This document shows, piece after piece, positions 8,661-17,171 of a stretch of DNA of 28,581 bases. The notes under the pieces were generated by a model that was given only the letters and a program-made list of their open reading frames with translations, had not been told where the DNA came from and did no database searches. The translations under genes and the position numbers were made by a program. The stretch is from Candidatus Kaiserbacteria bacterium (GTDB taxonomy: Bacteria; Patescibacteriota; Minisyncoccia; Phycocordibacterales; UBA2100): positions 1 to 28,581 of the forward strand of contig JACROD010000030.1 of assembly GCA_016214605.1 (NCBI GenBank), written 5' to 3'. Every line of letters starts with the position of its first letter. The first letter of the stretch is position 1.

Positions 8661-9588
8661 AAACTCCTCGATGCAAAGACACGTAGACATCCTCCAGTGC
8701 CTTTACCGCATCTCCTGCAGCGATGTTGTTTTGGTGGTAGAGACCGTCGGTGCAATCGCCTGCGGCCCAGATGCGCGGATGTGAAGTGTGCTGGGTCTTG
8801 GGGTCGACATTGATCTGACCGATCGGATTCTTGGTGACAGCGTCGCCGAGCCAAGCGGTATTGGGCAAGAGGCCGATTTCGACAAAGATACCGGCCACAG
8901 GCAGAGTCGTTTCGGTGTTCGTCTTCACGTCTTTGTATTTTACACCGCTGACAAACTGTTCGCCTTCGATCGACATGATCTCGGCATTGGTGATAATGTG
9001 GAAATTCTCATGGCTTCTTGCCGCCGCGACGGTGATCTCATCTGCGCGGAAGGTCTCGGTGCGGTTGAGGAGCGACACGGTCTTACAGTAGGCGAGGAGC
9101 TGGAGCACGGTCTCAAATGCTGCGTTGCCGCCGCCGATCACCGCGACGTCTTGGCCAGCAAAGAGCGGGCCGTCGCAGGAAGCGCAGTAAGTGAGGCCTT
9201 TGTTGTCGTGTTCGGCGGCACCGGGCACTTCAAGCTTGCGACGCGAAGATCCGGTCGCGACGAAGAGTGCCTTTGCCTCGTACTTTGCGCCCTTCTGTGT
9301 AGTGACCTCGACATGGGTATCATCCACGGTCGTCTGTGTCGCGGTATCGGGCGAAATGATGGTCAGGTATTCGCCGGTGTGGACCTCGGCATGTGCGCGC
9401 AGACTCTTGGCGAGATCGGCCCCGGAGATTCGTGGTGTGCCGATCCAGTTCTCGATCCCCTCAGAGACGACGCTCTGTCCGCCCCATTCCGAAGTGATAA
9501 AGACGGTTTTTAATTGTTTGCGGGCTGCATAAATAGCGGCGCTGACACCAGCGGGTCCCCCGCCGACAATAATGAGGTCGTAAAGCAT
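8659..9588 (-). CDS. trxB: thioredoxin-disulfide reductase
   Basis: FAD-binding site GGGPAG. Redox-active CASCDG. NADPH-binding site GGGNAA. 309 aa. TAAAAT lies 6 nt upstream of the ATG. Confidence 0.9.
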   Translation of the reverse strand: MLYDLIIVGGGPAGVSAAIYAARKQLKTVFITSEWGGQSVVSEGIENWIGTPRISGADLAKSLRAHAEVHTGEYLTIISPDTATQTTVDDTHVEVTTQKGAKYEAKALFVATGSSRRKLEVPGAAEHDNKGLTYCASCDGPLFAGQDVAVIGGGNAAFETVLQLLAYCKTVSLLNRTETFRADEITVAAARSHENFHIITNAEIMSIEGEQFVSGVKYKDVKTNTETTLPVAGIFVEIGLLPNTAWLGDAVTKNPIGQINVDPKTQHTSHPRIWAAGDCTDGLYHQNNIAAGDAVKALEDVYVSLHRGV

Positions 9589-9611
9589 CTGAGTATTTTA
9601 CTACACTTCAA

Positions 9612-9655
9612 TCTAAAAACAGAATCGCCCGACGAGGTCAGGCGACCTGTCGGGC
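9612..9655 (-). terminator. rho-independent terminator for the small gene 9663..9923: a 12-bp stem with a 1-nt bulge and loop aggc, followed on the minus strand by tgtttttag
   Basis: gcccgac-g-aggtc / gacct-gtcgggc inverted repeat. Minus-strand T-run = plus-strand aaaaaca. Confidence 0.55.
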
Positions 9656-9662
9656 GTAGGAT

Positions 9663-9923
9663 TTATTCCGAACACCACTTTCCGTGGTACTCGAAGGCCT
9701 TTTCGAATTCGTCCAGCACGAAGCTGGCCTCTTCGAGCAGCTCTTCGCGCTGATCCACTTCCAGTGGACTCAGAATCGTAGCGCATAGATTCTCGAGATC
9801 GCCCTTGAATCCCTTGACGGTCTCGTAGTCCGTTTTCGTCGGATTGGATGTTCCCTTGGCGAGAACAGCATCCAAAGCATCCGATAAAGCCTCAAGTTTT
9901 TTGTTACCCGTTGTGTTAGTCAT
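9663..9923 (-). CDS. hypothetical small acidic protein (86 aa) as an independent transcription unit between ftsZ and trxB
   Basis: AAGGA SD lies 8 nt before the ATG. It has its own sigma70-like promoter upstream and a terminator downstream. Confidence 0.5.
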   Translation of the reverse strand: MTNTTGNKKLEALSDALDAVLAKGTSNPTKTDYETVKGFKGDLENLCATILSPLEVDQREELLEEASFVLDEFEKAFEYHGKWCSE

Positions 9924-9965
9924 CGCGGAATCCTTCGTGACTTCCAGTTTGGTTGAACCAATGCT

Positions 9966-9994
9966 ATAATAACACCCATCTATACAAATGTCAA
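9966..9994 (-). promoter_or_regulatory. sigma70-like promoter TTGACA-17 nt-TATTAT on the minus strand, directly after the ftsZ stop
   Basis: -35 = rc of 9989-9994. -10 = rc of 9966-9971. Exact consensus -35 and a 17-nt spacer. Confidence 0.5.
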
Positions 9995-9995
9995 G

Positions 9996-11285
9996 CTATT
10001 TCCTGCGGAGGAAAGAGGGAAGACCGCCCCAGGGGTCGTCGCTCTCAGGCTCTTCCGGGGCGCTCGGCGGTGGTGCGGGGATGACGGGGGTATGGGGAGG
10101 GATATCCATCTTGATATCGCGGATTGATTTGCCGTCTTTTTCGGGTCGATTCGCACCGGTCGCGGAATCGATGATGATCTTCACATCTTCACCGCGGCCG
10201 CGGACGGTCGCGGGCGGGACGTCGGCGTCTTTTTTCGAAGGGTTGGAGGGGATGCGGATAGAGTTGGAAGAAGGAGTGTTCGATCCCGATCCGGTACTAA
10301 AAAGAGGAGTGCGCTGTTGAGAGCTGTTTTCTGGGAATCCGGTCGCGATGACCGTGACGCGCACCTGACCCTTTTTGAGGGATTCGTCGGTGACGGCGCC
10401 GAAGATAACCTTTGCCTCCGGATCGATCGCCTCGGTAATGACTGCTGCGGCATCCTGCACTTCGAGCATGCCGAGGTCGTCTCCGCCGGCGATCGAGAAG
10501 AGTACGCCCTTGGCGCCATGGATCGAGACTTCAAGTAACGGACTATTGATAGCGGCGCGTGCGGCGAGCTCGGCGCGCTTTTCGCCCGCTGCGACTCCGA
10601 TGCCCATGAGGGCAGAGCCTGCATTTTGCATGATCGTGCGCACGTCGGCGAAATCGACGTTGATGATGCCGGTTGTGGTGATGAGATCAGAGATGCCCTC
10701 GACGGCCTGCTTCAGGATGTCATCGCACATGGCGAAGGCGTTTTTGATGCCGGTGTCGCGCGAGACGATCGAGAGCAGTTTGTCGTTGGGGACGATGATG
10801 AGTGCGTCGACGGCCTTGCGCAGATTGCTCAAGCCCTCATCGGCCAGTCGGGCGCGCGCCTGCCCCTCGAACGCGAAAGGCTTGGTCACGACGCCGACAG
10901 TGAGCGCGCCCAATTCGCGTGCAATCTTGGCGACGACCGGAGCTGCGCCGGTGCCGGTGCCTCCGCCCATGCCGCCCGTGATGAAGACCATGTCAGAGCC
11001 CTTGATCGCTTCCTGGATCTCTTCGCGCGTTTCTTCGGCGGCCTGCTTGCCGATCTCGGTGTTCATGCCAGCGCCCAAGCCTCTCGTCAGCGACCTTCCA
11101 ATATGAATCTTTTTCTTCGCTTTTGATTTGTGGAGGTCTTGAGCGTCGGTGTTGATCGCGATGAAATCAACGCCGTGGACGTTGCTTGCGACCATGTGAT
11201 TAACGGCATTGTTGCCCGATCCTCCGACGCCGATCACGCGAATTCGCGCAAATGATTCAACGTCAGTTTTTACCTGCTTTGTCAT
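9996..11285 (-). CDS. ftsZ: cell division GTPase FtsZ with a long disordered C-terminal linker and the conserved C-terminal peptide (LPSFLRRK)
   Basis: Tubulin signature [13 protein letters not shown]...GGGTGTG. Start at MTKQVKTD, with TATGAT 9 nt upstream. The track's extension to 11492 overlaps ftsA. Confidence 0.95.
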   Translation of the reverse strand: MTKQVKTDVESFARIRVIGVGGSGNNAVNHMVASNVHGVDFIAINTDAQDLHKSKAKKKIHIGRSLTRGLGAGMNTEIGKQAAEETREEIQEAIKGSDMVFITGGMGGGTGTGAAPVVAKIARELGALTVGVVTKPFAFEGQARARLADEGLSNLRKAVDALIIVPNDKLLSIVSRDTGIKNAFAMCDDILKQAVEGISDLITTTGIINVDFADVRTIMQNAGSALMGIGVAAGEKRAELAARAAINSPLLEVSIHGAKGVLFSIAGGDDLGMLEVQDAAAVITEAIDPEAKVIFGAVTDESLKKGQVRVTVIATGFPENSSQQRTPLFSTGSGSNTPSSNSIRIPSNPSKKDADVPPATVRGRGEDVKIIIDSATGANRPEKDGKSIRDIKMDIPPHTPVIPAPPPSAPEEPESDDPWGGLPSFLRRK

Positions 11286-11359
11286 AGTGGGCTCATCATA
11301 GCAGATTTTCCCAAAAGAAAACTTGACACGCTCCCGTATCAATTTTCCGTATCTTCTTG

Positions 11360-12532
11360 CTATGGAAGGAGAGATTTGAACGTTTGTCGGACGGATTCGC
11401 CCGCGCTGCGCAGGATCTCCTTTATAGAGCTTGATCGGTCCACGGAGTCCTGTGCGTATGCCCAGCGGCAAAGACCGTACGCTACGGCCCATGTGGCGTC
11501 GATGCTCGAAGCGCGTGAAAGCTGGCCTATTGCGCCGATCTGAGAGGGGAGCTTCATGATGGCGCGCGCGACATCGGATGCGTTCATGAATCCGCTGCCG
11601 CCGCCGGTGATGACGATTCCCGCCGGAAGGAGACGCTGGCGGCCGATCAATTTGAGATGGGTATCGACGAGTGTGAACATGGTTTTCAGGCGCGCGGCGA
11701 TGAGCGTGTTCATCTTTTTTTCGGACACATCCGATCCGGACACGCCGCCGCGCTTGAGTTGTTCTGCTTCCGGAAGGGGGACTTGCAGCGAAAGCGCGAT
11801 CGAATTCGTTACATCAGAAGAGCCGGTCGGGAATATCTTGAGCGATATCGGCGTGTCGGCATCGAAGACGATCACCGACAAGGTCTCGGCACCGATGTTG
11901 GCGAGTACTACACCGGCCATCTTTTGCGCTTTGGTGAGCGTGACGAGGCTTGCCGCCAAAGGGGATGCCATCACGTCCTCCACCTCGACTCCGGCAGCCT
12001 CGACGGCATTGATGAGATCTTCGTGGTGTTGGGAGAGCATAGTGATCAAAAGGGTGTCGACAGAGAGTTTGGTGCCCTGCAGACCTTCGGCCTTGCCATA
12101 AACCTTTGCGCCGTCGAGACGGAATTCGAGCGGGATTGTGTGAATGACCGTGCGATTGTTGAGCTTGCCGGAGGCGCGTTTGACGCTTTCGGTCTTGGCG
12201 CGCTCAATATCGCGCTCAGTGACGACACCACCGGACGATGTGAGCGTGATCTCGCCGCTTGAGCGGATCTCATCCATCGAGACGCCGCCGACGGCCACGC
12301 GCGCGCTCTTGACGCGGACCTTGGCGGCGCTGGAGGCGCGCTGAAGAGCTTCTCGAATGCTTTTGATCGCTTCGGCTTTATCTATGATGTATCCGTGGCG
12401 CAGGCCGCGTGAGCTCGACATGCCGGTACCGAGTATCATCATGGGGATATCGGGGCGCTCGGGTGCTGCGGCGATAACGATTTTGACGTGATAGGTCCCA
12501 ATGTCGATACCAGTGTATATCTTGCCTTGCAT
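11360..12532 (-). CDS. ftsA: cell division protein FtsA
   Basis: Actin-like ATPase N-terminus [14 protein letters not shown], with the FtsA domain layout. It lies directly upstream of ftsZ. TATACT lies 8 nt upstream of the ATG. Confidence 0.9.
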   Translation of the reverse strand: MQGKIYTGIDIGTYHVKIVIAAAPERPDIPMMILGTGMSSSRGLRHGYIIDKAEAIKSIREALQRASSAAKVRVKSARVAVGGVSMDEIRSSGEITLTSSGGVVTERDIERAKTESVKRASGKLNNRTVIHTIPLEFRLDGAKVYGKAEGLQGTKLSVDTLLITMLSQHHEDLINAVEAAGVEVEDVMASPLAASLVTLTKAQKMAGVVLANIGAETLSVIVFDADTPISLKIFPTGSSDVTNSIALSLQVPLPEAEQLKRGGVSGSDVSEKKMNTLIAARLKTMFTLVDTHLKLIGRQRLLPAGIVITGGGSGFMNASDVARAIMKLPSQIGAIGQLSRASSIDATWAVAYGLCRWAYAQDSVDRSSSIKEILRSAGESVRQTFKSLLP

Positions 12533-12653
12533 AAAAATGAAGTATAGACGTACTCCCTGCGCGAAGAGCAGGATCTGTACGCTTATATGTATTGTACGCC
12601 ACCATTTGGGGCATACAAGTCAAAAGATGCGTGGATAGCGGGCGCTATACGCC

Positions 12654-13085
12654 TCAAATCAATTTAAATCTACTGAGGATGACATCTTCGCGACGCTCCA
12701 TGTCGGCGCTGTGCTGATAGCCGGCGAGGTGGAAACATCCGTGTACATAGAGGTGAGCGATGCGGGATCGCGGCGAGATCTTCATTTCTCGCGCTTCGCG
12801 TTCGGCTTTGCGGATATTTAGGAATATCTCCCCTGTGTGTTTATCAAGGGGGAAAGAAAGGACGTTGGGCGCGTAATCCTTGTGTCGATGCTCAATATTG
12901 ATTCGGCGCGCGAGCTTGTCACTACACATGACAAGGGAAAGCTCATAGTGGTCGCCAAGGATCGTGCGCCATATCTCTTTGAAAGGAATATTCGGTATAG
13001 TGCTCGATACGGTAGTGCGTATATCAAAACCACCAAGATCGGATCTTGGTGGTTTGGCGGTATTTTTGATCCCCCGAGAAGTCAT
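12654..13085 (-). CDS. ybeY: rRNA maturation endoribonuclease YbeY
   Basis: Zinc-binding motif HGCFHLAGYQH (H-x3-H-x5-H). NVLSFP motif. 143 aa. The start ATG overlaps the rpsU stop (TAATAATG). Confidence 0.8.
   Translation of the reverse strand: MTSRGIKNTAKPPRSDLGGFDIRTTVSSTIPNIPFKEIWRTILGDHYELSLVMCSDKLARRINIEHRHKDYAPNVLSFPLDKHTGEIFLNIRKAEREAREMKISPRSRIAHLYVHGCFHLAGYQHSADMERREDVILSRFKLI
13027..13055. repeat. 29-bp palindrome aaaccaccaagatc-g-gatcttggtggttt inside the ybeY 5' coding region
   Basis: 14-bp perfect arms read directly. Confidence 0.7.
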
Positions 13086-13087
13086 TA

Positions 13088-13414
13088 TTAGCGGGCGATT
13101 GGGGTTCCTTCCCCGAGTTTGGTCGATGTATTGGAGGAGGCGTTTTCGGTTGATGTCTGGGAGCGGGGAGTGTATCCGCGGCGAGTCGGGGTCTCGGTGA
13201 CCTTACCCTCTTTGAGAAGTTGGCGGAATTCATCGCGGCGCTTGATGAGCTTGAGCGCGCGCTTTTTCTTGACGGTATTGGAGGATGCGCGTGCGTAATA
13301 GCGTTTATTACGGACTGTCTTGATGATATTGGCGCCCTGGGCGCGCCGGGTGAATCGGCGGATGGTAGAAAGGGCGTTTTCAGTGCCCGTCTTGGTTACT
13401 TCTGCATTTATCAT
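13088..13414 (-). CDS. rpsU: 30S ribosomal protein S21 with a C-terminal extension of about 40 aa
   Basis: TIRRFTRR...KTVRNKRYYARASS...KKKRALKLIKRR aligns with the S21 core. 108 aa compared with about 70 aa typical. Confidence 0.75.
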   Translation of the reverse strand: MINAEVTKTGTENALSTIRRFTRRAQGANIIKTVRNKRYYARASSNTVKKKRALKLIKRRDEFRQLLKEGKVTETPTRRGYTPRSQTSTENASSNTSTKLGEGTPIAR

Positions 13415-13452
13415 GTGATGACAAATATATCATGGGACCCTATAAAAGGCAA

Positions 13453-13480
13453 CATATGTGGGTTGTCATATGTGGGTTGT
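13453..13480. repeat. tandem direct repeat 2 x 14 bp (catatgtgggttgt)
   Basis: Exact tandem duplication. It abuts the displaced hisS 3' fragment. Confidence 0.8.
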
Positions 13481-13485
13481 CCAGA

Positions 13486-13600
13486 TCAGGCGGGAACTCG
13501 TGGCCGGGTGATCGAACGGTGGCGCTTCAGGTAGCTGACCAGCTCATCTATTGGCACGGCATTTTGGGAGTTGGTCGCGACTTCGCGCACGTCGTCCGTC
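13486..13600 (-). pseudogene. displaced 3' fragment of a hisS-like gene (direct-repeat copy A). It encodes ...VREVATNSQNAVPIDELVSYLKRHRSITRPRVPA* with no start codon
   Basis: About 80% nt identity to 15925-16030, with a 36-bp identical core (13556-13591 = 15984-16019). 12 of 14 codon differences are synonymous. The open frame runs from an in-frame TAA (13651-13653) to TGA and contains no ATG. Confidence 0.6.
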
Positions 13601-13610
13601 AATTTTATGA

Positions 13611-13647
13611 CAAAAAAATAGGGCTGTTCGCTTTGCGCGAACAGCCC
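13611..13647 (-). terminator. rho-independent terminator of the flotillin gene: 11-bp stem gggctgttcgc/gcgaacagccc, followed on the minus strand by a T7 run
   Basis: Perfect inverted repeat. Plus-strand A7 run at 13612-13618. Confidence 0.6.
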
Positions 13648-13672
13648 TTCTTAAGGTGCTTAGATGATTAGA

Positions 13673-15775
13673 TCAAGATGGCATGTGTCCGCCATTGCCG
13701 AGAGAATGATTGTCTTTTTCCGTGGCGGGAACAACCGCCTTGGAAGGAACTTCTTCCTCGATCTGCGTGGTGGTAGGTTTCGATGAACGACGCAGGAAGC
13801 TCATCAACTGAGGCATCAATCCATTGACGCCACCGATGCCATTCTCGCCACCGATCGTGACGGCGAGATTCTCCGGCATGAACCGTTGTGTGCCCAATGC
13901 CAACGCCTTGATGGCATTGATGAAGGCCGTTTGGTCCTTGCCGACTGCCTTTTGTTGAGCTTCGAGGCCTGCCGCGACAGCAAGTCCCTGTGCTTCGGTC
14001 TCAACAGCTTTGGCCTTACCGACTTCAGTAAGTCGGAATGCCTCGCCTTCAGCCGCTTTTTTGACCGCTTGCGCCAAATTGTCAGCGATAGTAATGCCGA
14101 CCTCAGATTTTGCAAGATCGGCTTGCTGGTCGGCCTTGCCTTTCGCAGCTTCCAGATCGAGACGCTTGTCTTGCGCCTCTTTCTCGGCTGTAAAGGTCGC
14201 CTTCTGTTGGTTGGCGATTTCACGTGCGGTGAGCACTATGACCAGTTCACTCGGAAGAACGACATCTTGGATATACACGCCGCGTGTTTCCACCCGGTAC
14301 TCTTTCAACCGATTGGCGATGTGATCCTGCGCTTGCTGCTGGACCTCTTGCCGCTCCTCAATGAACTTAATTGCAGGCATGCTCTGTAGTTTGTCGCGGA
14401 AATGGTTGCCCACCGCCGCCTGCAGGACCTCATTGACGAGGTTGTTCATGGTCCCAACGATCGAGATCACTTTCGGCGCCTCGGTGTCCGGCACATGGAT
14501 CTGAACTTGCAGATCGATTTTGAACACGAAACCTTCTTTCGACTTCGCGACGATCTGCTTGAGGTCCTTGTCCAGATTATGTGCGGTTGACGTCGCCTCG
14601 GCCCAGTTGAGGGTGAGGATAAACGTCGGCACCTTCTCGTGACTATATACGCGAGGATTGATCGCGTATTTGCCGGTACGCAACGGCTCTTGCCAAATGC
14701 CGCGGTGTCCGGGCCGGACGAGGGAGCCGAATTTGAAGTCGGCCCCAGACGTGTCTTCGGTCGCAAGACCGACGTACGCCTTAATAACCACAACCTCACC
14801 CTGATTCACGACGAGCATAGGAACCATCTCGACAGATACCAGGAACGGATTGAGATTGTAGGCGCCATAGAGCAGTGGATCATGCTGAAGACCGATCCGA
14901 CCACCCTTGTCGAGGAAGGCCTGGAAGTCTTGGTAGTTGTTGTGAGCATCATTCTTGCTGGCGAGAATCATCTCGACCAGTTCGCTGTCCTTCGTCCCTG
15001 TGCCCCTTTTCTCGGCGCCATCAATGTCTTGGAAGTCGCCAAGGCGGTTTGCCATCGCGCCCTTGGGTGAAGGTTCGCCCTCGAGTGTCGTTACGATGCC
15101 GATCATGTCGACGATCTTGTCGACGATCTTGTCGTCACGATCTTCTTTCTTTGGTGCGATACGGACAACCTTCATTTGGTCATCCGTGAGACTGAACGAC
15201 TTATGGGTGAACGTACTTCCTCCTCTCGCTTGTATGAGATGGAGGTATTCGTCTGCCACCGGGACACCATAGACATGATTCAAGGTGACGATGAGGAAGC
15301 CGACAGGATGGATCATTGCCACGGTGCCGGGAGGTAATACCGGGCGTTGCACGCCGCGTTGGCCGCCGCTATTCAAGAATGCTCGGATGTCTTGGAAGTT
15401 ACCGAACTCTTTCATATACAGAGCGGACTTTGCTCCCATGGGGAGCGGAGCGCCGATCTGCGAGATCACGATGCCGATCTGTCCGGCAGGGATCTGCACA
15501 AACGGATGACATGTCACCGTATAGAGCGGCCAAAGTTTGAAGCGGATACCAGTCATCAGTAGTTCGGCCTGGTAACCCGCCTCACCATTGAATGCAATCG
15601 GGCCATTGCCTTGCTTCCAACTCAGTCGCTTCTGTACCAGACCGACTTCATTCGGCGGAATCTTCCAAAATGACATGCACGCGATAATCGCGACCGCGAT
15701 CAGCGCACCCAATATCCAGCCTATCCCTGCCATAGAGGCGAAAATAGCGCCGATACCACTGAGAATTCCCATCAT
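13673..15775 (-). CDS. flotillin-like SPFH/Band-7 domain membrane protein (FloT/YqiK-like), about 700 aa
   Basis: N-terminal 2 TM, then KIPPNEVGLVQKRLS at the start of the SPFH domain. Long Ala/Glu/Gln-rich coiled-coil C-terminus typical of flotillins. AAGGAG SD lies 7 nt before ATGATG. The TTG start of the track at 15796 was rejected. Confidence 0.85.
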   Translation of the reverse strand: MMGILSGIGAIFASMAGIGWILGALIAVAIIACMSFWKIPPNEVGLVQKRLSWKQGNGPIAFNGEAGYQAELLMTGIRFKLWPLYTVTCHPFVQIPAGQIGIVISQIGAPLPMGAKSALYMKEFGNFQDIRAFLNSGGQRGVQRPVLPPGTVAMIHPVGFLIVTLNHVYGVPVADEYLHLIQARGGSTFTHKSFSLTDDQMKVVRIAPKKEDRDDKIVDKIVDMIGIVTTLEGEPSPKGAMANRLGDFQDIDGAEKRGTGTKDSELVEMILASKNDAHNNYQDFQAFLDKGGRIGLQHDPLLYGAYNLNPFLVSVEMVPMLVVNQGEVVVIKAYVGLATEDTSGADFKFGSLVRPGHRGIWQEPLRTGKYAINPRVYSHEKVPTFILTLNWAEATSTAHNLDKDLKQIVAKSKEGFVFKIDLQVQIHVPDTEAPKVISIVGTMNNLVNEVLQAAVGNHFRDKLQSMPAIKFIEERQEVQQQAQDHIANRLKEYRVETRGVYIQDVVLPSELVIVLTAREIANQQKATFTAEKEAQDKRLDLEAAKGKADQQADLAKSEVGITIADNLAQAVKKAAEGEAFRLTEVGKAKAVETEAQGLAVAAGLEAQQKAVGKDQTAFINAIKALALGTQRFMPENLAVTIGGENGIGGVNGLMPQLMSFLRRSSKPTTTQIEEEVPSKAVVPATEKDNHSLGNGGHMPS

Positions 15776-15848
15776 GGGAAAGCTCCTTATTATCAAGGTT
15801 CATACCGATTTCTTTATCGGTAGACCGCACAAATGTGCGATCAGGAGA

Positions 15849-15876
15849 ACTATAGAGTAATTCTGCTTTATGTCAA
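15849..15876 (-). promoter_or_regulatory. sigma70-like promoter TTGACA-16 nt-TATAGT for the flotillin gene
   Basis: -35 = rc of 15871-15876. -10 = rc of 15849-15854. Confidence 0.5.
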
Positions 15877-15913
15877 ATACAAATGATAGGCGAGTATTTT
15901 GGGCGATTGAGAT

Positions 15914-17152
15914 CTACACCCCCACGCGTGGCCGCGTGATAGATCGGTGACGTTTGAGATAGCTGACCAGGTCTGCGATCGGAACGGCATTTTGGGAGTT
16001 GGTCGCGACTTCGCGCACGATGATCGTCCCTTCGCTCGCCTCTTTGTGGCCAAAGATCAAGATATACGGCGTACCAAGGGCTTGGGCGCGTCCCATCTGC
16101 TCGGTTATACGGTCATGCCAGAGGCTATGATGTACATGAATATTCGCCCGTCGGAGATTCTCCAGGATGCCGAGAGAGCGTTGTCGTGCGATGCCGCCCA
16201 GATGCGCAAAATAGATAGCCGGTACAGCCTCGATGGGGCGCACGGGTTTTTGTGGAGATGGTTTTGTGCCGCCATTCATCTCATAAGTGATGGAGATCAT
16301 AGCTGCGTTTCTTGGTGAGCGTGCGAAACGGCTTATCAAAGGATCATACCGCCCGCCGAACGCCACCGGTGCCCGTAAGCCTGTAGCCGCATCAACTTGG
16401 GATATTTCAAAGAGCGAGTGCGACCAGCATTCGCGGCTTCCAAGGATCTGTCCGTTCAGTTCATAGGGGAGGCCGGTCGCCTCCAAATATTCGAGGAGTT
16501 CCCAAAAGCGAGCGCGCTCTTCTTCGGTGAGATATTCCATCGCTTGTGGAGCACGAGGGACTGCCGGATGTCCACGTTCGATCAATTGTACGAGAGTGCC
16601 GAGCGGATCCGTCGCTGCACGCGGTCGGAGCGAAGGAGAGATTGATTCGATATGTTTGCGCAGATACAATCCGACATCGCGGATATATCTGCCGGAGGAC
16701 TCCGAAGATCCGATGTTGTTAATGAGGATGATGCGGTCCTCGACCCCTGCTTCTTGTGCGATCGCGCTTGCTACTATAATGAGAAGGGCTTCGGCGATCG
16801 TGCTCGGAGTACCGAGAATATGGAGCTCGAGCGACACCGATGGCGATGCACTGGTATTGGGCATAATACGCCAAGCGAGCACGGTATCGCGCGACGGCCC
16901 CATACGAGAGACAAATTTTTTGGCAGCGCTCGGCAGCGTACGCTCGTCTCGCCGCGTAAAGTTGATCTCATTCTCTATTTTCACGCTCTCCTTTTTGCGC
17001 TTTTCTCCAGCATTCAATCCTTTGGCATTTCGCTCTCTTGCGGTCTGTTCTATTTCGTCGAGCGGTACGAAGCCGTAATACTCGGCTACGGCGATCGCTT
17101 TCTGCAAAAGAGCGTCGGTAGACTGGCGGGCCCCATCCTTGAGTCTGATCAT
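15914..17152 (-). CDS. hisS: histidyl-tRNA synthetase family protein (HisS/HisZ-like) with a divergent, shortened catalytic core
   Basis: GGRYDPLISRF (HisRS GGRYD motif). LINNIGSSES versus the HisRS LE(I/L)NS(I/L)GS region. C-terminal anticodon-binding-like domain. A block of about 45 aa around class II motif 2 and RPEGT appears to be missing. Start at MIRLKDG. The track's extension to 17359 overlaps lepB. Confidence 0.65.
   Translation of the reverse strand: MIRLKDGARQSTDALLQKAIAVAEYYGFVPLDEIEQTARERNAKGLNAGEKRKKESVKIENEINFTRRDERTLPSAAKKFVSRMGPSRDTVLAWRIMPNTSASPSVSLELHILGTPSTIAEALLIIVASAIAQEAGVEDRIILINNIGSSESSGRYIRDVGLYLRKHIESISPSLRPRAATDPLGTLVQLIERGHPAVPRAPQAMEYLTEEERARFWELLEYLEATGLPYELNGQILGSRECWSHSLFEISQVDAATGLRAPVAFGGRYDPLISRFARSPRNAAMISITYEMNGGTKPSPQKPVRPIEAVPAIYFAHLGGIARQRSLGILENLRRANIHVHHSLWHDRITEQMGRAQALGTPYILIFGHKEASEGTIIVREVATNSQNAVPIADLVSYLKRHRSITRPRVGV
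15925..16030. repeat. direct-repeat copy B: the real 3' end of the hisS-like gene, homologous to 13498-13600
   Basis: See copy A. It encodes the real C-terminus ...VREVATNSQNAVPIADLVSYLKRHRSITRPRVGV*. Confidence 0.8.
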
Positions 17153-17171
17153 GTGCAGATAATCGTTACCA

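Noticed and set aside
10181-12344. Plus-strand ORFs 10317..10538, 10375..11106, 10626..11126, 11556..12101, 11657..12262 and 12144..12344, and minus-strand ORF 10181..10624
   Set aside because: These are alternate-frame ORFs nested inside the ftsZ/ftsA genes, two of the clearest genes in the window. Their Ala/Arg/Ser-rich composition is typical of off-frame reads of GC3-rich coding DNA.
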